Origin: Escherichia coli
GTDB lineage: Bacteria; Pseudomonadota; Gammaproteobacteria; Enterobacterales; Enterobacteriaceae
Strand: one strand, 5' to 3'
Assembly: GCF_050920415.1 (NCBI RefSeq)
Contig: NZ_CP169309.1
Length of the DNA stretch: 64,000 bases
Shown: one piece after another, positions 10,334 through 21,043 of the stretch
Layout: every line of letters begins with the position of its first letter
How positions within the stretch are numbered: the first letter of the stretch is position 1
The notes under the pieces: model-generated
Seen by the model: only the letters and a program-made list of their open reading frames with translations
Told to the model about the DNA's origin: nothing
The model's database searches: none
Made by a program: the position numbers and the translations under genes

Positions 10334-11740
10334 TTACAGCCGTTCTTGAATAAGTTTGCCTAATTGTTTAACCGCCTGTTCTTCGCGCTCGCCCCACTGC
10401 CATGCAGTATTAAAACGAAAAAAATGTGACCAATTTGCACCGGTAGAAAACATTTTACCCGGCGCAATACTGATATGATGCGTCAGTGCCGCAAGGCTTA
10501 ATTCGCCCGCATCTAACGGCGCGGGGAGTTCCAGCCAGAGAAAATAACCGCTGTCATTATGATGAATTTTCACTTCCGCAGGCAGATAACGCAGCAGCGC
10601 CTGCCAGGCACGTTGTTTACGTTCCGCAAGCTGACGACGTAAACGACGAAGATGGGCGTCGTAACGGCGCGTGGAAAGATAATCCACAAGCGCAAGCTGC
10701 ATCGGTGAACTGGTCGAAAGCGTACTCATCAATTGCAATCGTTGAATTTTGCGTGCGTGTTTTCCAGCGGCGACCCAACCAATACGAAAACCTGGCACCA
10801 GACATTTCGAAAACGAAGAGCAATGCAAAACACCATCGTGGCGATCCCACGCTTTCGCAGGCAGCGGTTTTTCCCGTCCAAAATAAAGTTCGCTGTAAAC
10901 GTCATCTTCAATCAGCGTTACGTTGTACTGATTGAGCAACGCTACCAGCCGCGCTTTTTTCTGCGGCGTTAAGGTAAATCCGAGTGGATTCTGGCTATTA
11001 GTCATCAGCCAGCACGCTTTCACCGGATACTCCTGCAACGCCAGTTCCAGCGCCTGAAGATCGATCCCTTCGTTAACGTCCGTCGCCACCGATAACGCCT
11101 TCAGCCGTAACCGCTCCAGCGCCTGCAACGCGCCGTAGAAACAAGGATTCTCTACTATCACCCAATCGCCTGGTTCCGTTACCGCTTGTAAACTGAGGTT
11201 TAATGCCTCTAACGCCCCGGCGGTAATGACAATTTCATCAGGAGAAATAGTGATGCCCTGTAAGGCATAGCGACGAGCAATAGCCTGACGCAGTTCTGCG
11301 TTTCCTGGCGGTAAGTTTTCAATCACGCTCATCGCCGTGGCGGTTTTGCTTACCTGCGCCAGCGAGCGGTTTAGTTGTTGGAGGGGGAAAAGTCGCGGGT
11401 CGGGAAAGGCCGAGGCAAACGGAACTACCGACGGATCGCGACTGGCCTGCAACATATCAAAAATATAGGTGTTGATATCGACTGCTTCATCTCGAGTGAC
11501 TGGAATGACTGGCGCTTTCGGCATTTTTATTGCCTGTGGCGCAACGTAATAACCCGACTGCGGTCGCGCGATAATATGTCCCTGACTTTCGAGCAACTGA
11601 TAGGCATGGCTGACAGTCATAAAGCTCATGCCAGAAAGCGCCACCTGGTCACGCAACGAAGGCAAACGATCTCCGGGTTGCCAGATCCCCGACGCAATCT
11701 GCTCGCGTAATTGTTCTGCAAGCTGCTGGTATTTTTTCAT
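10334..11740 (-). CDS. ydcR: MocR/GntR-family regulator with aminotransferase-like domain YdcR
   Basis: ORF 10334..11740 (-), 468 aa; N-terminal HTH plus PLP fold-type I-like domain. Confidence 0.92.
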   Translation of the reverse strand: MKKYQQLAEQLREQIASGIWQPGDRLPSLRDQVALSGMSFMTVSHAYQLLESQGHIIARPQSGYYVAPQAIKMPKAPVIPVTRDEAVDINTYIFDMLQASRDPSVVPFASAFPDPRLFPLQQLNRSLAQVSKTATAMSVIENLPPGNAELRQAIARRYALQGITISPDEIVITAGALEALNLSLQAVTEPGDWVIVENPCFYGALQALERLRLKALSVATDVNEGIDLQALELALQEYPVKACWLMTNSQNPLGFTLTPQKKARLVALLNQYNVTLIEDDVYSELYFGREKPLPAKAWDRHDGVLHCSSFSKCLVPGFRIGWVAAGKHARKIQRLQLMSTLSTSSPMQLALVDYLSTRRYDAHLRRLRRQLAERKQRAWQALLRYLPAEVKIHHNDSGYFLWLELPAPLDAGELSLAALTHHISIAPGKMFSTGANWSHFFRFNTAWQWGEREEQAVKQLGKLIQERL

Positions 11741-11818
11741 TATCGAATCGTTATTATGTGCAGGTGATTCGGCAGTCTATATCAGTTGTTAAAAATGACA
11801 ACTTTTCATTAACTGTTA

Positions 11819-12058
<240 letters not shown>

Positions 12059-12233
12059 TTACCTCCGTGTGTAATGTGCTCGAAAATAGCACTAAATCGC
12101 CGCAACGGCAGAATGCAATGCAAAATCAGGAAGGAAGATTCCAGAATTTCTTTGCGCTAATTTGCAAAACTGAATAATAACCTCAAGAAACGATCGGCAT
12201 CATAGCGGCAAAAGGTGAGAAAAAGGTGGCGGG

Positions 12234-12464
12234 ATGTTTACGAAGGCGTTATCGGTTGTCTTATTAACGTGTGCGCTGTTCTCAGGACAACTCATGGCAG
12301 GGCACAAAGGACATGAATTTATGTGGGTAAAGAATGTGGATCATCAGCTGCGTCATGAAGCGGACAGCGATGAATTGCGTGCTGTGGCGGAAGAGTCGGC
12401 GGAAGGTTTGCGCGAGCATTTTTACTGGCAAAAATCGCGCAAACCAGAAGCGGGACAACGTTGA
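12234..12464 (+). CDS. yncJ: Small protein YncJ (DUF2554), 76 aa, signal peptide
   Basis: ORF 12234..12464 (+), ATG start, MFTKALSVVLLTCALFSGQLMAGHKGHEF... Confidence 0.85.
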   Translation: MFTKALSVVLLTCALFSGQLMAGHKGHEFMWVKNVDHQLRHEADSDELRAVAEESAEGLREHFYWQKSRKPEAGQR

Positions 12465-12477
12465 GTCATTTATTTAT

Positions 12478-12510
12478 TGCCGGATGCGGCGTGACGCCTT
12501 ACCCGGCCGA
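12478..12510. repeat. REP (repetitive extragenic palindromic) element
   Basis: tgccggatgcggcgtgacgccttacccggcc closely matches the canonical E. coli REP consensus; lies between convergent yncJ and ydcP. Confidence 0.6.
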
Positions 12511-12559
12511 CAAGATCATGCAGATTCAATAAGTTGTGAGTAACCAGAAAACTGGCGTT

Positions 12560-14563
12560 TTACCCTTTTCGCTTCGGCAATGTTTTCAGCAGATCATCCG
12601 GACTTACGGATGCCACTACGCTTCCCGGTAACGGCATTTTCAGTATGTGATTTTTGATTTTGCCAATGACGTGCATCTCGCATGGGCGGCAATCAAACTT
12701 TAGCGTTAACACTTCATCGCCGTTAACCAGTTGCATTGGCGTCGCCTTCCAGCTTTTGATATTGCCTTTCGCCTGTTTCGGGCACAGATTGAAGGCAAAG
12801 CGCAGACAATGCTTGGTGATCATCACCGGCACTTCGCCCTTCTCTTCATGTGCCTCATACGCCGCGTCAATCAGTTGCACACCATAGCGATGATAAAATT
12901 CACGCGCTTTCTGGTTGTATACGTTCGCGAGGAAACTCAGATGCGTTTGCGGATAAACCGGCGCAGGGTCAGCAACCGGTTTACGACTGCCGCGCTGATA
13001 ACTGGCAAGACGCGCAGCATCCAGCATTTCGGCGGCCTCACGGCGGAACTGATTTAACAGACTGTTCGGTACAAACAGCGCCCCCGGCAAATTAATTTGC
13101 ACATTGCGGGCGTAATAGATGGTTTGCCCCAGTTTTGCCAGACCATCCTTCAGATTGTTCATTGCTTTTTCGGCGTTATTGGCTTCGTCGAACTGCCCGT
13201 CCAGCGTATGCGTAATGCTGACACCCTCTTCACTGGTGAGGGTCAGAATCAGTTGTTCCTGCCAGCCGCCCAGTTCAATGTCTACCGCTACGCGACGTTC
13301 GCTGGAGGTTTTTGTCAGTGCCTGCTGCCAGTTATGATCAAGATTACGGTTTAGTGGGTGATGAGGACGAATTTTGTGCAAATCTGCTGGCATTTCATTT
13401 GGCCAGACGCGGTACTGATTTTGCCCGGTTTTTTCGACTGTATTGGCGCGAAAGCCAACCACTTCACGTTTAATCATCACATTCAGACCATCGCCATTAG
13501 CTAACGGCTCGGTGACGGCAACATCGAGATGATCCTTCGCCACTTTTAATACTTCACCGACCGGCAGGCCGATAAACTTGGGGGAGTCGAACGCGCCGAT
13601 ATCCCCTTTACGGGCGTTAACAAAGTAGTCGGTACTGCCACGATGGAAGGTTTTTTCCGTCGACGGTACGAAGAAATGCTCGGTACGACCGGATGAAGCA
13701 CGCGCCAGATCGCCACGTTCATCAATAATGGCGTCCAGCATTTGGCGATAATGCGCGGTGATATTCTTCACGTAGCTCATATCTTTGTAACGCCCTTCAA
13801 TCTTGAAGGAGCGCACGCCAGCATCAATCAGCGCGCCAAGGTTAGCAGTCTGATCGTTATCTTTCATCGACAGCAGATGTTTTTCATAGGAAACCACCCG
13901 CCCCTGATCGTCTTTCAATGTGTATGGCAAACGGCATGCCTGCGAGCAATCGCCACGGTTGGCGCTACGCCCTGTTTGCGCATGAGAAATGTAGCACTGA
14001 CCAGAATAGGCCACGCACAATGCACCATGAATAAAGAATTCAATGGTCGCGTCCGTGGCCTGGTGAATCGCGCGGATCTGCTCAAGATTCAGCTCTCGCG
14101 CCAGCACAATCTGCGTAAAGCCAACATCAGAGAGGAACTTCGCTTTTTCTACTGTGCGAATATCGCACTGGGTACTGGCGTGCAGTTCAATCGGCGGAAT
14201 ATCAAGTTCCAGAATCCCCATATCCTGAACAATCAGCGCATCGACGCCGGTCTGGTAGAGGTCGGTAATCAGCCGTTGCGCAGGTTCCAGCTCATCATCA
14301 TGCAAAATGGTGTTAAGCGTGACGAAAATTTTTGCACCATAACGATGGGCAAACGGCACCAGTTCGGCAATATCTTTCAGGCTATTACTGGCATTATGAC
14401 GGGCACCAAAACCAGGGCCGCCGATATAAACAGCATCGGCACCGTGCAAAATAGCTTCGCGGGCAATGGCGGCATCGCGTGCCGGGCTTAACAGTTCAAG
14501 TCGATGAGAAGATACGGTCACATTCTTATCCAGTAGCTGAAAAATGGCGGCTATTTTAGCCAC
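12560..14563 (-). CDS. ydcP: Peptidase U32-family protein YdcP/RlhA (23S rRNA 5-hydroxycytidine synthesis)
   Basis: ORF 12560..14563 (-) begins at a GTG; a second GTG at 14521 would give 653 aa; start ambiguous between the two. Confidence 0.88.
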   Translation of the reverse strand: MAKIAAIFQLLDKNVTVSSHRLELLSPARDAAIAREAILHGADAVYIGGPGFGARHNASNSLKDIAELVPFAHRYGAKIFVTLNTILHDDELEPAQRLITDLYQTGVDALIVQDMGILELDIPPIELHASTQCDIRTVEKAKFLSDVGFTQIVLARELNLEQIRAIHQATDATIEFFIHGALCVAYSGQCYISHAQTGRSANRGDCSQACRLPYTLKDDQGRVVSYEKHLLSMKDNDQTANLGALIDAGVRSFKIEGRYKDMSYVKNITAHYRQMLDAIIDERGDLARASSGRTEHFFVPSTEKTFHRGSTDYFVNARKGDIGAFDSPKFIGLPVGEVLKVAKDHLDVAVTEPLANGDGLNVMIKREVVGFRANTVEKTGQNQYRVWPNEMPADLHKIRPHHPLNRNLDHNWQQALTKTSSERRVAVDIELGGWQEQLILTLTSEEGVSITHTLDGQFDEANNAEKAMNNLKDGLAKLGQTIYYARNVQINLPGALFVPNSLLNQFRREAAEMLDAARLASYQRGSRKPVADPAPVYPQTHLSFLANVYNQKAREFYHRYGVQLIDAAYEAHEEKGEVPVMITKHCLRFAFNLCPKQAKGNIKSWKATPMQLVNGDEVLTLKFDCRPCEMHVIGKIKNHILKMPLPGSVVASVSPDDLLKTLPKRKG

Positions 14564-14593
14564 AAGCGCGACGTTGCGAAATAGTTTTCCCGC

Positions 14594-15130
14594 TTAACTG
14601 CGTGGGTAATGGATGAGGGAATGAAAATGTACGATTTGCTCCCCACCATTACGATAGACATGCGTAACGTCTGCAGCAAATCGAGCGCCTTCTTCACAAT
14701 TAAGGCTCTGCCATTCACCATCAACGCACAGATCAAGTTGCCCATCAATGACGACAACATGTTCGATTACTCCCTTCTCATGGGGCGTCGATTCACTTAT
14801 TGCACCAGGTGCCATCTGAATCGAGAAGTGTTCAAAGCAGAGTTGTGGATCATAAGGAAACAGCGAAGTGATCACCATCGCCTGCTGTTGCGGATCATAA
14901 ACTGAAGGCGTAGCGGACTGCGGCGGAGAAATAAATGTCGAAAATGGCACATTCAACCCGGTGGCAATTTTCCATAATGTCGCGACCGTCGGGCTGGATT
15001 CATTACGTTCAATCTGCCCTAACATCGCTTTAGAAACACCCGTCGCTTCTGCCAGTCGCGAAAGACTCCAACCGCGCTGCTGACGTAGTTGTTTAAGTGT
15101 GGTGGATAAAAAGCGAGTGAGATTTTCCAT
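14594..15130 (-). CDS. sutR: HTH(XRE)-cupin transcriptional regulator SutR (YdcN)
   Basis: ORF 14594..15130 (-), 178 aa; N-terminal HTH ...LSRLAEATGVSKAMLGQIERNESSPTVATL..., C-terminal cupin. Confidence 0.9.
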   Translation of the reverse strand: MENLTRFLSTTLKQLRQQRGWSLSRLAEATGVSKAMLGQIERNESSPTVATLWKIATGLNVPFSTFISPPQSATPSVYDPQQQAMVITSLFPYDPQLCFEHFSIQMAPGAISESTPHEKGVIEHVVVIDGQLDLCVDGEWQSLNCEEGARFAADVTHVYRNGGEQIVHFHSLIHYPRS

Positions 15131-15221
15131 GTGACTCCTCCGGCAAAGCGGAAGTTTATCACTTGTGCGTTATAACGGACAAATGCTACGGTACCTGTAC
15201 GCTATAACGCACGAGGTGACC

Positions 15222-16394
15222 ATGCGTCTGTTTTCTATTCCTCCACCCACGCTACTGGCGGGGTTTCTGGCGGTATTAATTAGCTACGCCAGTTCAGCGG
15301 CAATAATCTGGCAAGCAGCGATGGTCGCCGGAGCCACCACTGCACAAATCTCTGGCTGGATGACGGCGCTGGGGCTGGCAATGGGCGTCAGTACGCTGGC
15401 TCTGACATTATGGTATCGCGTGCCTGTTCTCACCGCATGGTCAACGCCTGGCGCGGCTTTGTTGGTCACCGGATTACAGGGACTAACACTTAACGAAGCC
15501 ATCGGCGTTTTTATTGTCACCAACGCGTTAATAATCCTCTGCGGCATAACGGGACTCTTTGCTCGTCTGATGCGTATTATTCCGCACTCGCTGGCAGCGG
15601 CGATGCTGGCCGGAATTTTGTTACGCTTTGGTTTACAGGCGTTTGCAAGTCTGGATGGTCAGTTTACGTTATGCGGTAGTATGTTGCTGGCGTGGCTGGC
15701 GACGAAAGCTATTGCGCCACGGTATGCGGTTATTGCGGCGATGATAGTTGGCATCGTAATCGTTATTTTACAAGGTGACGTTGTCACAGGGGATATTGCC
15801 TTTAAACCCGTTCTCCCCGCTTATATTGCCCCTGAATTTTCGTTTGCTCACAGTCTGAGCGTTGCACTCCCCCTTTTTCTGGTGACGATGGCATCGCAAA
15901 ACGCACCGGGTATTGCGGCAATGAAAGCGGCCGGGTATTCGGCTCCTGTTTCGCCGTTGATTGTATTTACTGGATTGCTGGCGCTGGTATTTTCCCCTTT
16001 CGGGGTTTATTCCGTCGGTATTGCAGCAATCACCGCGGCTATTTGCCAAAGCCCGGAAGCGCATCCGGATAAAGATCAACGTTGGCTGGCAGCTGCCGTC
16101 GCAGGCGTTGTTTATTTGTTTGCAGGTCTGTTTGGTAGCGCCATAACTGGAATGATGGCCGCGCTGCCCGTGAGTTGGATCCAGATGCTGGCAGGTCTGG
16201 CGCTGTTGAGTACCATTGGCGGCAGTTTGTATCAGGCGCTGCATAATGAGCGTGAGCGCGACGCGGCGGTGGTCGCATTTCTGGTAACGGCAAGTGGACT
16301 AACGCTTGTCGGGATTGGTTCTGCGTTTTGGGGATTAATTGCCGGTGGCGTTTGTTACATGGTGTTAAATTTAATCGCTGACAGAAACCGATAA
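15222..16394 (+). CDS. ydcO: BenE-family inner-membrane transporter YdcO
   Basis: ORF 15165..16394 (+); YdcO-like sequence from ATG 15222 (MRLFSIPPPTLLAGFLAVLISY...), highly hydrophobic. Confidence 0.9.
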   Translation: MRLFSIPPPTLLAGFLAVLISYASSAAIIWQAAMVAGATTAQISGWMTALGLAMGVSTLALTLWYRVPVLTAWSTPGAALLVTGLQGLTLNEAIGVFIVTNALIILCGITGLFARLMRIIPHSLAAAMLAGILLRFGLQAFASLDGQFTLCGSMLLAWLATKAIAPRYAVIAAMIVGIVIVILQGDVVTGDIAFKPVLPAYIAPEFSFAHSLSVALPLFLVTMASQNAPGIAAMKAAGYSAPVSPLIVFTGLLALVFSPFGVYSVGIAAITAAICQSPEAHPDKDQRWLAAAVAGVVYLFAGLFGSAITGMMAALPVSWIQMLAGLALLSTIGGSLYQALHNERERDAAVVAFLVTASGLTLVGIGSAFWGLIAGGVCYMVLNLIADRNR

Positions 16395-16395
16395 T

Positions 16396-16425
16396 AAAAA
16401 GCGCCATCTTACGATGGCGCGACTG
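16396..16425 (-). terminator. Hairpin terminator in the 34-bp ydcO/ydcL convergent gap, U-run on the minus strand
   Basis: gcgccatc-ttac-gatggcgc stem-loop at 16401-16420, flanked by A-run on + strand (T-run on - strand). Confidence 0.55.
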
Positions 16426-16428
16426 GAA

Positions 16429-17097
16429 TTACTTTTTGTTAACGTCAAACATGGTGGCATCGGTCGCCATGTCATCAATAACTTGCTTAATATTCTCGAA
16501 AGCCATTGGCGTACTTTCATTATTCAGGTCTTTACCTTCGCCCTGACGAACGACTTTGATAACCGGTTTATTAGTAGCTGCATCAATTAGCTCACCTTCA
16601 AAATACAGGCGAGTATCCATGGTACGGTGGCCCGTCGCCATTTGCGTCCCCGCGACCACTAATGCGACAGGAACCACTTCATAGAATTGCAGCCCTTCTT
16701 TGCTGGTATCTACACCGGTAATGGCCCCACGGAAAATCAGACTACGCGGCCCAGCGGTGGTAACCAGTGGTTTACGCTGCGCAATCGCTTCTTTCATTTC
16801 GGTGTTGGTATAACTCAAAATTTTATCCAGAACTTTCTGCCCTACCTGGGTAGATGGTTTCGGTACCGGATAATAAGTGACTGGGTTCCAGACGATGCTG
16901 TCATATTTGCTTTGATCAAAACTCGGGTCTACCCAACGTAAAACAGGCTTACCCGTTGCAGAAGTTGTTTCTTTTAAATCAGAGTAATTGTTTAAAAAGC
17001 CAGAATATTTATCTGGCTGGGTGATTTTAGAGGCACAACCAGACAGAGCCAACAAGCCGCATAAAGCTGCAACTTTCGCAAATGATGTGGTACGCAT
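16429..17097 (-). CDS. ydcL: Lipoprotein YdcL (DUF3313)
   Basis: ORF 16429..17097 (-), 222 aa; lipobox MRTTSFAKVAALCGLLALSGCASK. Confidence 0.9.
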   Translation of the reverse strand: MRTTSFAKVAALCGLLALSGCASKITQPDKYSGFLNNYSDLKETTSATGKPVLRWVDPSFDQSKYDSIVWNPVTYYPVPKPSTQVGQKVLDKILSYTNTEMKEAIAQRKPLVTTAGPRSLIFRGAITGVDTSKEGLQFYEVVPVALVVAGTQMATGHRTMDTRLYFEGELIDAATNKPVIKVVRQGEGKDLNNESTPMAFENIKQVIDDMATDATMFDVNKK

Positions 17098-17398
17098 GAA
17101 TAGTTTCCTGAGATGATTATATTACTTTTTAAGTTATAGCAAAAAGCACCGCTTCGTGTTGTGGCAAAAAAAGTGTTGGTAAAAATAAATTTATCAGCCC
17201 CTTTTCAGACGACATAGTCAATGCCGAAAAAGGGGCTAAGTCAATCATCAGTAGTTAAATATCAGTGCGTTAAGCTGATGAAAAACTTCGACTACCGTGA
17301 TTAATTTCACATCCTTTTGATTAAAAATATGCTTACCGAAAAGAACAACGGTTAACCATCTCAACGCGGGGCATTTTCACGCGCCTTGTTCTACCGGG

Positions 17399-17992
17399 TC
17401 ATTTTTTACGTGCCAGTATCGTGGCGAAACGCAGTTTAATCCGATTACCGTTGGCATCGGTGCGGTGCAACTCACCGACGTTTTCATTGTATTTCACCAT
17501 CTCCCAGCCTTCGTAATATCGACGTAATTCTCCCTCTTTGAAGGCAAACGGGAAGCCGACGGTACATGGATAATCAGCGGTATCCATCGCCGCCACAATC
17601 AGGTTGTAACCACCAGGTTTAGTGCAACGTTGCATATTGGCAATCAGCCCTGGGATGGTTTTAGCCTCAAGGAACATCAGCACCACAGTCGAAAGAATAA
17701 AATCGTATTGCCCATCAAAGGTGAGGTTATTCAGATCAACGACCCGGGTATGTAAATTATCCAGATTTTCAATGGATTTAATGCGCTCGACGTTGGCGAT
17801 ACTCATGGCATTTTTATCCCATGCGTCAACTTCATAACCATTGGCTGCCAGGTAAAGACTGTTACGACCATTGCCACAGCCCAGATCCAGCGTTTTACCG
17901 GGTTTAACCACTTTCACCGCTTCCAGTACTTCAGAGTGTGTGCGGGTTAATTCATATTTTTCAGTAAAATAGTTTTCGTCACGGATGATCAT
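17399..17992 (-). CDS. tehB: Tellurite resistance SAM-dependent methyltransferase TehB
   Basis: ORF 17399..17992 (-), 197 aa; SAM motif [15 protein letters not shown]. Confidence 0.95.
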   Translation of the reverse strand: MIIRDENYFTEKYELTRTHSEVLEAVKVVKPGKTLDLGCGNGRNSLYLAANGYEVDAWDKNAMSIANVERIKSIENLDNLHTRVVDLNNLTFDGQYDFILSTVVLMFLEAKTIPGLIANMQRCTKPGGYNLIVAAMDTADYPCTVGFPFAFKEGELRRYYEGWEMVKYNENVGELHRTDANGNRIKLRFATILARKK

Positions 17993-18981
17993 TCTTTGTC
18001 CTCAACTTTCATTAAAACAGCGCGCTCTGTTCTGATTAACAATTTCCCCTGCATCAGAAGCGCGAAAGTTCGGATGAGCAGTATTGCAATTATAAAATTG
18101 GTAAAGATAAACAGCGGCACCGCCAGCGTATGGAAAAATCCATTATCGCTGCCACTCCCCAAATGCAAACCGGTGGTTGCCAGTGCAGATACGCCGAACG
18201 AGAAACTCCAGAATGAAGCATTAAATGGCTGGGAGAGATACCATGGCATCAGACGTAGCATAAACAGCAGTTGCAGCAGCCCATAACCGAAAAGCATTTT
18301 CGCCAGCGTGTCACCCTCGCCGCCGTTGACGCTCAGCCAGGCACTACAGGCCACCAGCGCAGGAGCGAGCTGAATGCCGAGTGATGTCCGCAGCGCCGTG
18401 GGTAATTCTCCCGAACTGCGCAGACGCTGCAAGATCACCGGTTCCAGGCTTAACCATGAGAAAACGCCTGCGCCTAAAAACACCAGACCGGCGTCGGTGT
18501 AGCCCAATGCACCACAGGCCATTGCGCTGATAAAGTTGTTGGCAACTGTCGGCAGATACAGTCCAGGCGTGGTAGCTTCTTCAGGATGAGATCCGCGCCA
18601 TAATCCCGCAGTTTGCCAGGCGGCATAAGCCAACTGAACCACGACACCAAAACTGAACAGGCATACCGCCAGTGGGCGAAACCACGGAACAAAACCAATC
18701 GCTACCAGCATCGTCGTTGCAGGAAACAAACTCACAAAACTGCTCATCACTGGATGGCGCACTTCCGCCAGCACGCTATTCGGAAAGCGTATGAGTCGGG
18801 TAATAAATGCGCTAGTCAATAATCCCCAGATGATCATCGCCAGAATTACCAGCCCATCTCCTAACCAGTGGCTGACCTGCCAAACCTGGCTGGCATAGCG
18901 CCAGGCAAATCCCATCCCTATCGTCCCCAACACAATACCAAAGTAGCCTGCCGGCAAATTGAGCACTTTATCGCTCTGCAT
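17989..18981 (-). CDS. tehA: Tellurite resistance / dicarboxylate-type membrane transporter TehA
   Basis: ORF 17989..19089 (-); TehA-like sequence from internal Met [19 protein letters not shown]... (330 aa); 4-nt overlap with tehB. Confidence 0.92.
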   Translation of the reverse strand: MQSDKVLNLPAGYFGIVLGTIGMGFAWRYASQVWQVSHWLGDGLVILAMIIWGLLTSAFITRLIRFPNSVLAEVRHPVMSSFVSLFPATTMLVAIGFVPWFRPLAVCLFSFGVVVQLAYAAWQTAGLWRGSHPEEATTPGLYLPTVANNFISAMACGALGYTDAGLVFLGAGVFSWLSLEPVILQRLRSSGELPTALRTSLGIQLAPALVACSAWLSVNGGEGDTLAKMLFGYGLLQLLFMLRLMPWYLSQPFNASFWSFSFGVSALATTGLHLGSGSDNGFFHTLAVPLFIFTNFIIAILLIRTFALLMQGKLLIRTERAVLMKVEDKE

Positions 18982-19104
18982 CTTCTTACTCATTTTGTTT
19001 AATTTATAAAGTATATTTGAAATACATTTTATGGAATTTTCTCGAGCATAGCCAGACTCGCAGAATTTGCTACGGTTATAGTAAGTCACCTGTGGGAAAA
19101 CGCT

Positions 19105-20085
19105 ATGCGCAAATATCGTCTAAGTGAAGAACAGCGAGCCTTTAGTTATCAGGATGATGGCACTAAAAAAAGTGTGTTATTACGGCAAATTATCGCCATG
19201 AGCGATTTTAACGATGTGATAGCAGGAACCGCTGGCGGCTGGATCGATCGCGAAACGGTGTTAGCGCAGGAAGGTAATTGCTGGATTTACGATCAGAATG
19301 CTATTGCGTTCGGCGGAACGGTGATTTCCGGTAATACGCGTATCACCGGCACCAGCGTCCTTTGGGGAGAGGTTTACGCAACGGATAACGTCTGGATCGA
19401 TAATAGTGAAGTCAGTCAGGGTGCATATATAAGTGACAGTGTCACCATTCGTGACTCATTAGTTTGCGGTCAATGTAGAATATTTGGTCACGCCTTAATT
19501 GATCAACATTCTATGATCGTCGCCGCGCAAGGCTTAACCTCCGACCATCAACTCCTGCTACAAATTTATGATCGCGCAAGGATTAGCGCCTCGCGTATTG
19601 TCCATCAGGCACAAATTTATGGCGATGCCGTCGTCCGGTATGCTTTTATTGAACATCGCGCCGAAGTTTTTGATTTTGCCAGTATTGAAGGTAATGAAGA
19701 GAACAACGTCTGGCTATGCGATTGCGCTAAAGTCTACGGTCACGCGCAGGTGAAAGCTGGCATAGAAGAAGATGCCATTCCGACAATTCATTACAGTTCG
19801 CAGGTAGCGGAATATGCCATTGTGGAAGGTAATTGTGTGTTAAAACATCATGTCTTGATTGGCGGAAAGGCAGTGGTACGTGGCGGACCGATTCTGCTCG
19901 ACGAGCACGTTGTAATACAAGGTGAGAGCCGTATTACAGGTGCGGTGATAATTGAAAACCATGTGGAGTTGACCGACCACGCCGTCGTTGAAGCCTTTGA
20001 TGGCGACACGGTTCATGTCCGTGGTCCAAAAGTCATTAACGGCGAAGAGCGCATTACGCGAACGCCGCTGGCAGGGTTATTGTGA
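19105..20085 (+). CDS. ydcK: Uncharacterised left-handed beta-helix (hexapeptide-like) protein YdcK
   Basis: ORF 19105..20085 (+), 326 aa. Confidence 0.9.
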   Translation: MRKYRLSEEQRAFSYQDDGTKKSVLLRQIIAMSDFNDVIAGTAGGWIDRETVLAQEGNCWIYDQNAIAFGGTVISGNTRITGTSVLWGEVYATDNVWIDNSEVSQGAYISDSVTIRDSLVCGQCRIFGHALIDQHSMIVAAQGLTSDHQLLLQIYDRARISASRIVHQAQIYGDAVVRYAFIEHRAEVFDFASIEGNEENNVWLCDCAKVYGHAQVKAGIEEDAIPTIHYSSQVAEYAIVEGNCVLKHHVLIGGKAVVRGGPILLDEHVVIQGESRITGAVIIENHVELTDHAVVEAFDGDTVHVRGPKVINGEERITRTPLAGLL

Positions 20086-20616
20086 ATCGATAATACGCGC
20101 GTATAAGTTCACATCATCATAGGCATCATTCAGGAACTCAGCCTGTTTCAGGCAACCTTCAAGGATAAAACCATTGCGCAAAGCGACCTGGTTGCTTTGC
20201 GCATTGTCCACCCGACATTTGATCACGAAGCGTCTAAGTTCACCAGACTGAGCGTAATGATGAATCAATGCCTGCAGCGCCTGAGAAATGATCCCCTGCC
20301 CCTGATGAGATTCGTCCAGCCAGTAGCCGATTTCAGCGGTTTTATTCAGTGGTTCAATACGATTAAACGAGATAACGCCGATAAGTTCATCTTCTTTGAA
20401 AATCATGAACATTTTGGCATAGCCGCGTTGATGCAACATTACATTGCCCTGCACCGTTTTTCGCGTGTCCTCTTCACTTTGAACAAACTGCGGCCAGTTT
20501 AGCGACTGCTGTAACCAGGTTCTATTTTTACAGATTAACTGATAAAGAGGTGTGACATGACTTTCTGCAACAGCATGTAATTCAAGTGATTCACTTACTT
20601 TTATCGTTTCAGCCAT
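20077..20616 (-). CDS. rimL: Ribosomal protein L7/L12 N-acetyltransferase RimL (GNAT)
   Basis: ORF 20077..20631 (-); RimL from internal Met [16 protein letters not shown]...; 3' end overlaps ydcK 3' end by 9 nt. Confidence 0.9.
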   Translation of the reverse strand: MAETIKVSESLELHAVAESHVTPLYQLICKNRTWLQQSLNWPQFVQSEEDTRKTVQGNVMLHQRGYAKMFMIFKEDELIGVISFNRIEPLNKTAEIGYWLDESHQGQGIISQALQALIHHYAQSGELRRFVIKCRVDNAQSNQVALRNGFILEGCLKQAEFLNDAYDDVNLYARIIDSQ

Positions 20617-20644
20617 CTTATCTCCAGTCAATCCATGCAGTTGT

Positions 20645-20669
20645 TAAAAAAGCCGCCTGGCTGGCGGCT
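20645..20669 (-). terminator. Rho-independent terminator downstream of ydcH
   Basis: agccgcc-tggct-ggcggct hairpin followed by T-run on the minus strand. Confidence 0.55.
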
Positions 20670-20678
20670 TAGGAAAGT

Positions 20679-20903
20679 TTACACCTCTTTGACGCTCTCC
20701 TGCTGCAGGATTTTGAGCATCTCATCTTTTAACTGTAGCTTTTGTTTTTTCATGCGGACCACTTCCGCATTGTACCCTCGACCGTCGGAACCTTCCTTTC
20801 TGGCAATTTCATGATCAAGTTTATTGTGTTTATCGAACAAGGACATAAAGCGAGGATTTTCGTTTTTCAGACGGGATATTAAATCTCGGTATTCTGGAAA
20901 CAT
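20679..20903 (-). CDS. ydcH: Small protein YdcH (DUF465), 74 aa
   Basis: ORF 20679..20909 (-); internal Met MFPEYRDLISRLKNENPRF... Confidence 0.85.
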   Translation of the reverse strand: MFPEYRDLISRLKNENPRFMSLFDKHNKLDHEIARKEGSDGRGYNAEVVRMKKQKLQLKDEMLKILQQESVKEV

Positions 20904-21043
20904 ACGCACTCCCTGTTAGTGGCTGACAAGGTGTATCTGAAATACACACCATCAGATTACTCATTTAACTTAGGGAAAAATGCGAGCGGGATCGTGTTTA
21001 ACCAGACGGCACCTCCCGAAGAAGGTGCCGAAGAAAAAAACGA

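Noticed and set aside
13742-14491. 249-aa ORF on the plus strand inside ydcP
   Set aside because: Antisense to a well-supported gene, with no independent features; typical spurious open frame in GC-rich coding DNA. The same applies to 46477-47340, 47551-48036, 48250-48843, 35662-36159, 54543-55130, 15768-16244 and 741-1118.
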